Positions 1 to 12,532 of a DNA stretch of 64,000 bases are shown piece by piece. The notes under the pieces were generated by a model. The model worked only from the letters and a program-made list of their open reading frames with translations. It had not been told where the DNA came from and did not search any database. The translations under genes were made by a program, and so were the position numbers. The first letter of the stretch is position 1, and every line of letters begins with the position of its first letter. Source of the stretch: Octopus sinensis (Eukaryota); contig NC_043017.1 of NCBI RefSeq assembly GCF_006345805.1, positions 12,090,001 through 12,154,000 on the forward strand. The letters run 5' to 3'.

Positions 1-169
1 TATTTATATATTGTTTGGTTATTCCGTTTCTCTGTCTGTTCCAGAGGATTTTTACCATTGTTCTTGTTGCTGTTATTGTTATTGTGTTCTCTGCAGTACC
101 CCCCCACCCCCCGTCTCTCTCTTTCCATCCATTTACCATTCACTTGTCTGCCACACTGTGCAGGATTTT

Positions 170-525
170 AAAACATCTTCCACCACCATCATCACCACCA
201 CCATCACCACCACCACCACCACCATCACCACCACCACCACCACCACCATCAACACCACCACCATCACCACCACCACCACCTCCACCACCACCACCACCAC
301 CACCATCACAACCACCATCACCACCTCCACCACCACCATCATCACCACCACCACCACCACCATCACCACCACCACCACCACCATCACCACCGCCATCAAC
401 ACCACCACCACCACCACCACCATCACCACCACCACCATCACCACCACCACCACCACCACCATCACCACCACCACCATCACCACCACCACCACCACCACCA
501 CCACCACCATCACCACCAACACCAC
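170..525. repeat. (CAC/CAT)n trinucleotide microsatellite
   Basis: Direct reading; explains the poly-T/P/V ORFs 11..578. Confidence 0.95.
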
Positions 526-1023
526 TGTCCTCTACCCATACTGCTCCCTTCCCCCCTCCCTATAACCATCTTTTTTAAAGTCAACCATTGAATAAATGAT
601 TTCTCGCCTCCCCATCTTTCTGCTTTCCATGTCCTTCTCTTTCTCCTCAGTTTCAATTGTGGCCACTTAACACCACCACTGTAACTATGACTACAGCACT
701 ATCACCACCACCACCACCACCACTACTACCACAACCACCATAACGTCTACCACCACCACCACTACTGTTACCACCACCATCACTTCCACAATCAGATATG
801 GCCTCAATGTGGCTGCTTGCATTGCTAGAGATAGTAGACAAATCTCCCCCAAATTACTCTGCCGTCTTGAAAAACGAAGGACACATTGGATAGTGTTATC
901 CTGGTTACACTATTCCCTGTAAACAACATGGAGATGATTCCCTTCCACCACTACCCGCATTATACCCAACACCCACCCATACACGCATTCAGAGTAAACC
1001 ATGCATCAGTGGTTTACTTTTAT

Positions 1024-1255
1024 AAGGCGGCGAGCTGGCAGAACCTTTAGCACGTCGGGCGAAATGCGCAGCCGTATTTCGTCTGCTGTTACGTTCTGAG
1101 TTCAAATCCCACCGAGGGCGACTTTGCCTTTCATCCTTTCGGGGTCGATAAATTAAGTACCAGTTACGCACTGAGGTCGATGTAATCGACTTAATCCGTT
1201 TGTCTGTCCTTGTTTGTCCCCTCTGTGTTTAGCCCCTTGTGGGTAATAAAGAAAC
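1024..1255 (+). mobile_element. tRNA-derived SINE with Nin/Deu-like central domain (family B)
   Basis: GGCGGCGAGCTGGCAG head, core GACTTTGCCTTTCATCCTTTCGGGGTCGATAAATTAAGTACCAG; homologous copies at 35884 and 52131. Confidence 0.85.
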
Positions 1256-1887
1256 ATATCTTATGCAACACACACACACACACACACACACTCTCTCTCT
1301 CTCTCTCTCCCACACAAAGAACACACACCCTCAAATAAAACACCCTCTGAAGGAGATACAGAAATCACATGAGAAAAAGAATTTCTTAAATGACAGCTGC
1401 TACTTCTGCTGCTGTTTTTGTAGCCAGGGGTCAGAGAGGATACAGGTTCAAATTGATATTCTTTCTACTAAAGACACAAGATCTGAAATTTTGAGGACAG
1501 AATTAGTTGATTACATTGACTCCAGTACGAAAGACAAAGTCAACCTTAGGGGAATTTGAACTCAGCCCAGCAGGCTATCAATTCTGCACAACTCATTGCC
1601 TTCAGGAGCAAATTAACATAAAAGATGGCGATCAGAAAATTAAAAGAGAATAAACAAAATAAAAACAAAGAAAACAAACACAAAATAAACCCTCGGTGTT
1701 GTTACCATGGCGATGTGAAGGATGTACAAGAATTTTGACAAAATATTGGTACCTGATGCTTGTTTGTTTAACAGGCAGAGGGTTAAATATTTCGAGTAAA
1801 AAGGTTTAGTCAATTATCTCTTCTCGCCCAAAATTTCATGAGTTTATATATACCCAATACATAACAAACGGATGTTAAACGATGATT

Positions 1888-1903
1888 TATATATATATAT
1901 ATA

Positions 1904-1959
<56 letters not shown>

Positions 1960-2235
1960 CATGTATATATATATGTGTGTGTATATATGTATATATATAT
2001 ATATGTGTGTGTATATATATATATGTATATATATATATGTGTGTATATATATATGTATATATATATATGTGTGTGTGTATATATATGTATATATATGTGT
2101 GTGTATATATATGTATATATATATGTGTGTACATATATATATGTATGCGCATATATATATATGTGTATATATATTAACTGTGTATGTTTATATATATACA
2201 GGTGTGTGTGTATGTATATATATATATATATGTAT
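1888..2235. repeat. (TA)n/(TG)n compound microsatellite
   Basis: Direct reading. Confidence 0.95.
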
Positions 2236-2292
2236 ATGTGGGTGGTTATTATGTATCTGTATGGTTTATATGATTTTTTCCTCCATTTTCAG

Positions 2293-2434
2293 TGATTAAA
2301 ACTGGGAGCTCGGGATTGATAGCTTATCGTTGGATCATGAAGGATTTGAGATGGCTTTGGCTTCAGTCAAGCTGTAAAGTGGTATACAAGAACAGCAAAC
2401 CTGATTTTGTCATTTGTACACATAGACAACTCAC
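2293..2434 (+). CDS. AHR: Aryl hydrocarbon receptor (spineless-like), internal exon encoding the C-terminal part of PAS-B
   Basis: Acceptor ttttttcctccattttcAG, donor CAC|GTAAGT. Translates [47 protein letters not shown], matching from memory the AHR/spineless PAS-B motif (IKTG.SG...R....W.W.Q..R.VYKN.KPD.II.THR.L). Missed by the ORF track. Confidence 0.93.
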
Positions 2435-2496
2435 GTAAGTCACTGCTTTTTCTTTCATTGCTATGCATGTATCATTTATCTGTATGTGTGTATGTA

Positions 2497-2528
<32 letters not shown>

Positions 2529-2653
2529 ACAAAATAAGGGCAAAAGAAAAATTCTAATGCCAAATATGCCGAAAAAAAAGACAAAATTGTCAGTAACCAT
2601 TATAATTTTTGCGTCTCAAAACATACCGATAGAAATTTCTAAAAAATCCATTA

Positions 2654-2714
2654 TTACCGTATTGGTCCCAATTTCAGGGTTAATTCATAAGAATTTTCCC
2701 CTCTTCAGCGATAA
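2654..2714 (-). ncRNA. Type I hammerhead ribozyme motif, canonical core
   Basis: UUAUCG-CUGAAGA-GGGGAAAAUUCUUAUGAAUUAACCCU-GAA-AUUG GGAC CAAU-A-CGGUAA: 6-bp helix I, extended helix II, helix III with a loop, AUA cleavage triplet. Confidence 0.8.
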
Positions 2715-2899
2715 ATACGTGAGATATAAGTGAAATACTTACTTGTATGCATGGAGAAAGCAAGCACTAAGTCCTGGGCAGACTTAAGTACCCCAAATAT
2801 ATCCAAAGTAGAAAATCTTCGGCACATCTTGAGACACGTGTGATTCAAACTAGAAACTTTCATAGTGAGAGAATCTGGAAGTGAACACTATTTAATAGT

Positions 2900-2931
<32 letters not shown>

Positions 2932-3813
2932 CTATGCCGGCCAATAAGTATCCGGACTGTTGCTATAGTAACAAAGCTAAAGCATGAAGAATAAAGCTGC
3001 TTGGCACAGATTGACCTTGAACTCTGCTGTGCATGCACACTAAGTTTTAACGTTCTAGCTCACTTCTGCTGTTTTCAGCAGGTCTCGGAAGGAAGGTGTG
3101 TAGTGTGTGATGGACACATTGACCATGACAGAGAAAGTTGAGCAGAGAATCTGCATCAAATTTTGCCAAAAGCTTGGCAATACCTGCTCAAAGGTCGACA
3201 CAAAGTTTTCAAAAAGTTTTCATAGTTCTCGACACAATCAAGGAGATCCTGTGCCACTGAAACCCGAGTGTCTTTTTGGTCAGCTGAAAGCAGTCTTGGC
3301 ACAAACTTGGCAGACATGTGTCTCATATCCAAATCTTCAGTGATAATGGACTGAACTAAACCCTAACTAATCTGCACCTCCTTTGATAACTCACAGATAG
3401 TGATTTGATGATTTCCCCTCACAGCTGCATGCACATATATGATGCTTCTCTTAGTTCTGCTGGTTGTGGGTCTCCCAGAACATTCGTCAATTTTTTCAGT
3501 CATCTTGGAAATGCTTGAACCACTCATGCATTTGTTTGTGGTGCATACACTCCTCTCCATACAATTTCTGCAACTTTGTATAGGCCTCTGAGCAGGTATT
3601 ACCATGACAACTTTCTCTGTCATGGTCAATGAGACAATCACACACTACACACCTTCCTTCCTAGTACTGTAAACAGCAGAGGTGAGCTAGAATGTTAAAA
3701 CTTAGTGTGCATGAACAACAGAGTTCCAAGTCAATCTGTTCCAAGTGTCTTCACTCTGCAAGCTTTAGCTTTGTTACTATGGCAACAGTTCAGATAATTA
3801 TTGATCAGACTTT

Positions 3814-3814
<1 letters not shown>
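2932..3814. mobile_element. Non-autonomous fold-back mariner (two 5' ends facing each other)
   Basis: TA TSD at 2930-31 and 3815-16; related ~28-bp TIRs. + arm encodes MTEKVEQRICIKFCQKLG; - arm encodes a decayed HTH (DECSGRPTTSRT...ITICELSKEVQIS) and MSAKFVPRLL. Confidence 0.88.
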
Positions 3815-3845
<31 letters not shown>

Positions 3846-3846
<1 letters not shown>

Positions 3847-4032
3847 CTTTATTTAAAAGCAGCAGAAAATTCAACAAAACCTGTTACTCTGAGTTTCATG
3901 TTCCCGTTTGTTGGACAGTTTTTGCTAGCAAATTTGAATTTTCTGCTGCATTTAAATAAAGCATATTACTCTACCACTGGTATTTGAGTACTCTTTTTTC
4001 CACCTTATTTCACCATTATGTGTTTACTCCGG
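3846..4032. mobile_element. Short palindromic element (TACCGGAGTAAAC terminus family) carrying a decayed hammerhead-like motif at 3881-3918 (-)
   Basis: Homologous to 33341-33480 and 33588-33825; flanked by (TA)n. Confidence 0.75.
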
Positions 4033-4064
<32 letters not shown>

Positions 4065-4291
4065 GAAAATAAAGTTGGGAAGTATGAGAGGGGAGCATAT
4101 ATATATTTAGATATTCCATCAGAGAGCATTATGGCTGTTTCACAAAATTTTTCATTAATATTAATGCTCAACATTATGTAATACAATTGTATATCAACAA
4201 ACTAAAGCAAATAAAGAAAGCTAGCTCATCAGATCACTGGAACTTCATGGTTACACCAACAATTCAACAACAATATATTTCTTTGTAATTG

Positions 4292-4444
4292 ATTGAGTGG
4301 TAAGTAGCTTGCTTACCAACCACATGGCTCCGGGTTCAGTCCCACTGCGTGGCACCTTGGGCAAGTGTCTTCTACTATAGCCACAGGCCAACCAAGCCTT
4401 GTGAGTGGATTTGGTAGACAGAAACTGAAAGAAGCCCATCGTAA

Positions 4445-4497
<53 letters not shown>

Positions 4498-4705
4498 TGT
4501 GTATGTTTGTCCCCACCACCATCACTTGACAACTGATGCTGGTGTGTTCATGTTGCCATAACTTAGTGATTCAGCAAAAGAGACTGATAGAATAAGTACT
4601 AGGTTTACAAAGAATAAATCCTGGGGTTGATTTGCTTGACTAAAGGCAGTGCCCCAGCATGGCCACAGTCAAATGAATGAAACAATTAAAAGGATAAAAA
4701 GTAGA
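4292..4705 (+). mobile_element. tRNA-derived SINE family A (octopus OK/OR-type)
   Basis: GGTAAGTAGCTTGC..GGTTCAGTCCCACTGCGTGGCACC head, internal microsatellite, CAGTCAAATGACTGAAAC tail; many copies in the window. Confidence 0.85.
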
Positions 4706-5110
4706 TTGTCATCCAAGTCCATAAGAGGAGCTTTGTGTGATAGCCACCTGATTCTCTGAATCCGATGATATACACACACTTTATTTATGGGTTAACACAG
4801 CAACCAATGGTTTCCTGTTTGGAGATCATCACAATTGTTCAAGCATGTCACATAGAAGAGTTGGTACTCATCTCCATTTTTATCTATCTGTATTCTATCA
4901 ATTCTCATACACACGTATATTATATTACATTGATTCTGTGTAAGTGCCTATATAAGTACTTGTGTGCTGTTTTCATGAAACTTCCAACTACTACATCTAC
5001 CATCACCACTACCACCCACTCAGAAAATTCTAATTCAACTGAAAATGTTTCTGTTTTTTTTTTTTATATTCCTCTATTCCATTTTTATACTTTTATTTTA
5101 TATTTTTCAG

Positions 5111-6776
5111 AGATGATGAAGGGCAAGATTTATTCGGCAAACGTGGGAACGAATTTAAGTTGCCGTATCCGCTGCTGGACTTGGATATTTGTTCAGGACC
5201 TGGTTTTCCCGAAGACGATTTCCTAACAAAAACGAAATCAAGTAAGAGTAAGAAGCAGAAATCTCAAGTACGGGACTATCTTCAGGCAAGTCGCAAAAGG
5301 AAAGCCACCACATACAGAGATGCTTTCCCTGCCCTCAATGGCTATGCATCATTTTCTAGCTTGAATGGTTATGGCGCATGTGACGGTGCCGAATTGAAGC
5401 CCGACCTTTTTTACTCGTATCCGGGCAACAACTTTGCTTTGGATTCTGACATCTACCGTTCCCATGGTTACACTCCCCTCACAAGCTCCGTCTACTCAGC
5501 GACAGATCCGTTTGCTGAAAAACACTGTTACTCAAATGGTTATTATTTCGATCACAGACAGTACCAGCATCCATTGTCATACCACAGTAACAGCTATGCT
5601 GACTTAGTGGCTCAGACGAAGTATAGCTACGATATTCCCAAATATGGTTTCGATAGCTATAGCATAGACCTTAGCAAGAAGGTCCATTTCGGTGAAGATT
5701 TTTCCCGCTTTGATAATGACTATCATCGTAAATATGGTTACGAGTATTCTACTGAAAGAATCCCACCACGAATCAATGGTAATTTTGACTCGATGGAGTA
5801 CCGTTCGACAGCTGTTTTCAACAATGCTCCTTTGCTCGGTTGTGCTGACTCTTGTACGGCAGGGGGAGCAGTGTCGTCTCCCACCTGTTTGCCGACTGCT
5901 TCCATATATAAAACGCCCCTTAATGAAAGCAGTCAACAGCAGCAGCAACAACAACACCAGCAGCAGCAGCAACACCAGCAACAACAACAACAGCATCAAC
6001 AACAACAGCAGCAACAACAGCAGCAACAACAACAACAACAACAACAGCATCAACATCAGCAACAGCAACAACAACAACAACAACAGCAGCAACAACAAGC
6101 TTCAGTACCAAAGACATCGTTGATAGAAACGAAAGTCAAAAACTCTGCGAGTACAATAGACAGTCATAACATTTTGCCCCATAACACGGTCATAAAAAAC
6201 ATTGGACACCCGGCTCACCTCAGTAATACACATTCGGATAGCTCAGATCAACAACAACAACAACAATCATCACAACAACACCATCAGCACCATCATCATA
6301 CACAACATCAACAACAACAAAACCACCACCATCAACAGCAACAACAACAACAACAACAACAAGTACAACAACCACACCATCAGCAACATCACCAGCATCA
6401 TCAGCAACAACAACAACAACAACAACAACCACAGCCACAACAAACACAGCAACAACAACAACAACACAGTAGCAATACAACAAACCTGTACAAGAGGACA
6501 AACGTCATAACGAGTAACTCATCAGTGCTGCCGTGGACATCGTGTGAGAAATCAGCTCATGTCCTCAAACAGAATATGGTCAGTACTGCCCCGCTGGAGC
6601 ACCGACCTGACCCAACGAACCAACATAAGACTGTTATAGCTGACATAAACTCAAACGAAAAAGTGACTTTATCCTCCGGAGTCATGTTAGCTAGCCTACC
6701 CACATCGAGCCCAATCACGGGTTCAACTCCTGCCTCAGTCATTCAATTATCTGAGAAAGCCAATCACAACAGGTAA
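5111..6776 (+). CDS. AHR: Aryl hydrocarbon receptor, large 3' coding exon (end of PAS-B linker plus Tyr/Ser-rich and polyQ/H C-terminal region)
   Basis: Acceptor ttttattttatatttttcAG. The phase-2 join AC+A gives ...HRQLT-DDEGQDLFGKRGNEFKLPYPLLDLD, matching AHR/spineless (..DEEG..L.KR...). Open to TAA at 6774-6776; the ORF-track start at TTG 5160 is artefactual. Confidence 0.92.
5934..6098 (+). repeat. Coding (CAA/CAG)n polyglutamine tract in AHR
   Basis: In frame within the exon, about 55 Q/H codons. Confidence 0.95.
6249..6467 (+). repeat. Second coding Q/H/P-rich repeat tract in AHR
   Basis: In frame within the exon. Confidence 0.9.
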
Positions 6777-6980
6777 ATGACAAAAGAAATGGCTACATAC
6801 ATATATATACACACACACACACACACATGTATGTATGTATGTGTATATATGTATGTATATATATATATATGTTATAGTTTTGCAAAAAGAAAGTGATTAT
6901 AGATATTATTTACTCCACAAAAAAAGTTTTGAGTAATCCTTCAATTTAATGTTAAATTTTTTTTTAGTAATCGACATAAA

Positions 6981-6986
6981 AATAAA
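6981..6986 (+). terminator. Candidate polyadenylation signal for AHR
   Basis: AATAAA about 205 nt after the TAA, directly followed by GT-rich sequence; AATAAA is common in AT-rich DNA. Confidence 0.25.
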
Positions 6987-6994
6987 TTCATATA

Positions 6995-7930
6995 TGCATG
7001 CGTGTGTGTGTGTGTGTGTGCATGTGTGTGTGTGTGTGTGTGTGCATGTGTGTGTGTGTGTGTGCATGCGTGTGTGTTGTGTGTGTGCATGCGTGTGGGT
7101 GTGCATGTGTGTGTGTGTGTTGTGCATGCGTGTGTGTGTGTGTGTGTGCATGTGTGTGTGTGTGTGTGCATGCGTGTGTGTGTGTGTGTGCATGTGTGTG
7201 TGTGTGTGTTGCATGCGTGTGTGTGTGTGGTGCATGCGTGTGTGTGTTGTGTGTGTGCATGCGTGTGTGTGTGTGTGTGTGTGCATGTGTGTGTGTGTGT
7301 GTGCATGTGTGTGTGTGTGTGTGTGCGTGTGTGTGTGTGTGGTGTGTGTGTGCATGCGTGTGTGTGTGTGTGTGCTTGTGTGTGTGTGTGTGTGCATGCG
7401 TGTGTGTGTGTGTGTGCATGCGTGTGTGTGTGTGTGTGTGTGCATGTGTGTGTGTGTGTGCGTGCATGTGTGTTGTGTGTGTGTGCATGCGTGTGTGTTG
7501 TGTGTGTGCATGCGTGTGTGTGTGTGTGCATGCGTGTGTGTGTGTGTGTGTGTGCATGCGTGTGTGTGTGTGTGTGTGTGTGTGCATGCGTGTGTGTTGT
7601 GTGTGTGCATGCGTGGTGTGTGTGTGTGCATGCGTGTGTGTGTGTGTGTGTGCATGCGTGTGTGTGTGTGTGTGCATGCGTGTGTGTTGTGTGTGCATGC
7701 GTGTGTGTGTGTGTGTGCATGCGTGTGTGTGTGTGTGTGCATGCGTGTGTGTGTGTGTGTGTGTGCATGCGTGTGTGTGTGTGTGTGCATGCGTGTGTGT
7801 GTGTGTGTGCATGTGTGTGTGTGTGTGTGTGCATGCGTGTGTGTGTGTGTGTGCATGTGTGTGTGTGTGTGTGTGCATGCGTGTGTGTGTGTGTGTGCAT
7901 GTGTGTGTGTGTGCATGTGTGTGTGTGAAT
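6995..7930. repeat. (GT)n punctuated by GCAT/GCGT, about 930 bp
   Basis: Direct reading; explains the poly-HT/CV ORFs. Confidence 0.95.
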
Positions 7931-8279
7931 GCGATTAATACATACATATAGATATATTTGCTTGTTTCACACAATTTATCTTCGTATTCATGACTATTAA
8001 TTATATATGCTCTGTTTTGATATGACAACGGATTAACTGAATTGGTAGTGGGACCAACAGAATACCTTGTGTTGTTTTGTTACTCATGTTTGTTTACATT
8101 TTTGATCCAAGGTAGAATTTTGTTTCTAATCTTTTCAGTTTCATACAGGAATTAGTTTAAATGGCCATTCCTCATCCACAAATTGTGGTCTTGTACTTTG
8201 AAATTAGTATTATGTTTCAAAATAATGTACTTTACGAACAAGGCCAATCACGAGCTTATTGCTTACTATGCTCAGGTGT

Positions 8280-8790
8280 ACAACAACTTGTTGAGAAAGG
8301 GTAAAATAAAAGGGACCGAAAGCAGTAATGAGTCAAGTAAAGAAAGACAGCCATGAAAGCTAAATGTAAAGTAAAGAGTAAAAAAGCTGTAAAGAAGAAA
8401 GAAAAGGGTGCATTGATATGTCATGCCTGGAATGGGGTTGGAGAATTTCAAGAAACATGGAATTTGCAAAGAGTACTGTGTCTAGGTGTGGGTAGTTTGT
8501 TCCATGGTTCAATAATTCTGAGTGCAAAAAGAGAAAAAAATGGTTTCAAAAACCATGGGTGTTGCACTGCTTTCTTTTTGGTTTTATAAGTGGATCCATG
8601 AATGGTAGAGATGTTGAATTGAAAAAGGTAGCCAAAGTTGTTGTTGGAACGATGGTGGAAAATCTTGTGGGTATCTACCAAATCAGCTGCTTGACATTGA
8701 AGCTCTTGTGTGTTGGTGCCCAGAGGAACAAGACTTTCAGTCTATTGTGACATCCACCAAGGTGGTAGGGGCAGGAATCTGGCTGGACCC
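8280..8790 (-). mobile_element. Decayed CR1/L2-type LINE 3' fragment
   Basis: Minus-strand PFFSLFALRIIEPWNKLP resembles the FF..RII..WN.LP end of CR1/L2 RT. Confidence 0.6.
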
Positions 8791-10930
8791 ACAAGCATTC
8801 AAAATAAAGTCTTTTTTAATTATTTCTTTAAATAACTGAATTCTTTTCTTTAATGAGAAGTATTATTAGACAATGTTCCTATATATCAGTATAATTGGCA
8901 ACAGCAGGGGGAGTGAGACTTATTTGTCAGCTAAGCAGACTGAGGCAAGAAGATTAAAGATGAGGTTGATGTTTGTTTAGCCCTGGGTTAGCCTTGATTG
9001 AGCAAGCCTATGATGAAAGATGTTACAACCATGATCATCCAGTACTTTACTCAAGTATTTCATATTGAGGACTTCCCATTTTCTAGACAACAGAAATTAA
9101 GTTGTTATTTCTAGCAAGTCAAGTCTTGATGCATTTCCCCTACTGCAAGACACTACTTGTTCCTGTCCCTCTATCATTTTTTAGCTTTTCAACCTGGTAT
9201 AAAACCATTTTGCTCAATACTGCCCTCCACTTCAGTTGAGGGATCTTGCCTTGCAAGTTACTTGGTAACCTCACTAGAGCCAGTACCCTGAAAGTAGCAT
9301 TTGGTACACTTTGTAAAGTGGCTGATATTAGGAAGTGAATCCAGCCATAGAAAATAGTCCAAAACAGATGGAGTTCGATGCAACTGGATTTTGCTGAACC
9401 ATCCGTTATTGATGTTAAACTTCATTTTTTCTGAAAAGTTCTTTGTTTTAAAACCACTGTAATTACTTCAAACAAATAATTACCAAAGTACATAAAGGAA
9501 GATAAGTAGGTGTTTCTACAATTCCTAATTAGGTGAAAAGAAAGACTTTGAATAAACTAAAATCAACAAAATTACATTCCAGGATAATGATTTTTTTTTC
9601 CTGAAAGTTTTATGTCTTTGACCTGTCCAGTATGGAACGAGGGCCTATCAGGAGCTTGTGTTCCACTGGCCTAGTTCTCAGGGTCATTGAGGTCACAAAA
9701 GCCACCACAATGCAAAGACTGGACCATATGATGGCCTAGTGATTGTGAAATGCTATAAATAACCAAAGATGCTCCCTCTAATCACACTATTTTCTTGCAA
9801 AAAAAAAAATGAAGTATATATTGGATTTTATACTTCTTGATAGACTATGTTTGAAAAAAGATGGGATATTTGCAGCAGGAGTGTCTTAAATGTGAGCTTG
9901 TTGAGGGCTGACTCACAATAATCCTTATCATCACAATCTTCAACATGAAGTCCATCACAGTATGAGATAACAAGGGGGCCGCAATGTGACCACTTGTCAA
10001 ACTAGAAATAACAGCTAAATGTTGCACAAACCATGCATAAACATTAAAAGAAGGAAAAATTAGAATGTATTTGATAAGATGGGATGGTCACAGCTGGAAT
10101 ATATCAGTTAAATGGTGGTTTTAGTATTATTGTCACTGTTGCTATTATTGTTTAGTAAACAACCAAGTCAATCAGACTTTACAAGCCATGACCATTACAA
10201 AGTGTGATGTGAGGAAAATTTAGCTGTTATTTCCAGCAGATTGCATGATCATGTAGAGGCTTCAATGGTGGTATCCATGATGTTAATGGTGGTGTCTTAT
10301 TTTCTGTGGTGAAGGTGGAGATGGTTTCTGCTGATGCTAATAATGGTATTAATGATGGTGGTGGTGGTGGTGGTTTTGATGGGATTTGCAATAATGTTGT
10401 TTACAACAAAGATAAACATAGCAGTGATGTACACAATGAAAACTCATAATATCAGGAGAAATGGTGTAAGGTATATAATATTGATGATGATGATGATGAT
10501 GATGCTTGATGATGATGACTACAATCTTGTAGTATCATAAAAATCTAATGGTCATATCTAAGTAAAATAGTGTGTGGCACCAGTCTGGTCTGAGGCACAA
10601 AGTAGCTGGCTAAAGAGATTATGTTATGTCTGGCCGATGTCTACCCTCCACACACACACATGTATGCACACAAGCACATACATATCAAGATATATGTGTC
10701 TGTGTGTGTATACATACATATATAAATATATATATACTCAAAATAAGCAACAAGAATGACTCTGGTAATTTGGTACGATCGTTTCATACTACATCATTTT
10801 ATTAAATGTTGTAAGTATTAAGGTTTTAAAATGCTGAGCACTCATCAGCCAATTATAGAGGTTTTCCATTAATACAAAAATTTTCATATCAAGTGGCAAT
10901 ATTATAGAACCATTTGAATCTAAATTTTGC

Positions 10931-10972
<42 letters not shown>

Positions 10973-11039
10973 AACACATATATACATAAACATTGACATA
11001 TTTTTTCTGACTCTTTCCCTCATGCTTTAACAGTTTGTC

Positions 11040-11290
11040 TGTTCGCACAAAGCTGCTTCTCTCACAACATGTAACCTTGCAAGCTGCGCCTGGTGACCTC
11101 ACTCGTGCTGGTGGCATGAAAAACAATCACCTGGTACCCTTGATAAATTGGTTGAAGTAAGAAAGGGCATCCAGCCATAGAAACCATGTCACAGTAGACA
11201 GAGGAGCACGAAGCAATCCTCTGAACCCATCAGATTGTCCAACCTATGCTAGCATGTAACTAGTAGGGTAAATGATGTTGATGCTGATGA
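11040..11290 (+). mobile_element. Diverged SINE family E fragment ((ATG)n tail)
   Basis: AAGGGCATCCAGCC..AACCTATGCTAGCATG..GATGATG as in copies at 22970 and 38660. Confidence 0.65.
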
Positions 11291-11849
11291 TTATGATATG
11301 TGTGTGTGTGTGTGAGGGTGCATGGCTTGGTGGTTAGGGTACTGCACTCACAATCAAGAGATCACGGTTTCACTTCCTGGGTTAGGTGATGTGTGGTACA
11401 CCATACTCTTTTTCAGGCAAACATCGATTTGATGGAAGGAGTGAGCAAATGTACAGCACAAATATTTACTCACAAATAAACAAATCATTTGTGCAAAAAT
11501 TGCAGGACTGTCTTTCTAGGACTATGAGAGACTACCACCATATGTGTGTGTGTGTATATATATAGACGCACATAGAGATATAAGCATGCGCAAATGAAGA
11601 CATACAATAGAAATACAAAATGGTTGACGGTTAGTAAGGAGAGACACAAGTAAGTGAGAAGAAAACAAAGGACCACTGATGCGGTCACAGGAGTGTGACG
11701 AAAGAACTTTGGCCGAAATAAGATTAAGATTAATGTAAAAAATAAATATCACTGAAGCAAAATAACACCAAATATATAGTGCGTGTGTTTTTATTGGCTA
11801 AACTGGCAATATGACCATTCCGAAATATAACAATATATATATATATAGG

Positions 11850-12010
11850 GGGAGAATTCACAAAAAAACAAAAGACAAAGACAGGTGGTGTAGAAAACAA
11901 ACAGATGTATTAATATAACACTCGGGAATAGAAAAAGTCTTTAATGTTTCGAGCCTATGCTCTTCCACAGAAAGGAATGCAGAAAGAAACAAGGACAGAA
12001 AAAGGCCTGT
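11850..12010 (-). mobile_element. Short (TA)n-flanked element family H1 with hammerhead-like motif at 11939-11974
   Basis: CUUU-CUGUGGA-A-GAGC AUAG GCUC-GAAACAUU-AAAG; homologous to 37445, 50532, 51112 and 56183. Confidence 0.7.
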
Positions 12011-12532
12011 AAAAGAATTCAGAAGCTTGGGTCTTAGGCAGGCCTTTTGCAATATCCTTAAAACCAAGAACCTTGCAGCATTCTCTCATATATATATCAT
12101 TGTACATGTATATATATATCATTGCTGTAGCTTTTGAATGGTTCCACCCTACTGGGTGAGCAAGTGGCCAAAATGTACCCACCCAACTGAATATCAGTCT
12201 GTTACAGAGTTATGCATTTGCAGCTGAGTGGTCTGGCACCATGAAATGAATTTTTTTTGTCCAAGAACTTCACATACTGCTGGTCTGGGAATCAAAACCC
12301 TGGTGTGCAACACCCTAAATATGAGACAACACACCTCTCCCCCCCCCACCCACACACATAGGGAGGCGTACAAAGAAAAATCATGATGTACAAAAATGCA
12401 GTTTATACAAAAGCAGAAGACACCAGATTATGACCCCCAGATTGCAATATACCAACAAACTATGATTTTTGGGCCATGGTGTGTGTGTGTGTATATATAA
12501 TATATATATATATATATATACATATATATATA

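Noticed and set aside
1780-1830. Hammerhead-like GAG..CUC-GAAAUAUU on the minus strand
   Set aside because: Core positions 3-5 cannot be assigned and helix I has two mismatches.
1-2290. Upstream AHR exons (bHLH, PAS-A, first half of PAS-B)
   Set aside because: Not found by eye in this interval; they presumably lie before the window.
10820-10856. CUGAUGA-GUGC UCA GCAU on the minus strand
   Set aside because: It is followed by UUUAAAAC rather than GAAA, with no helix III.
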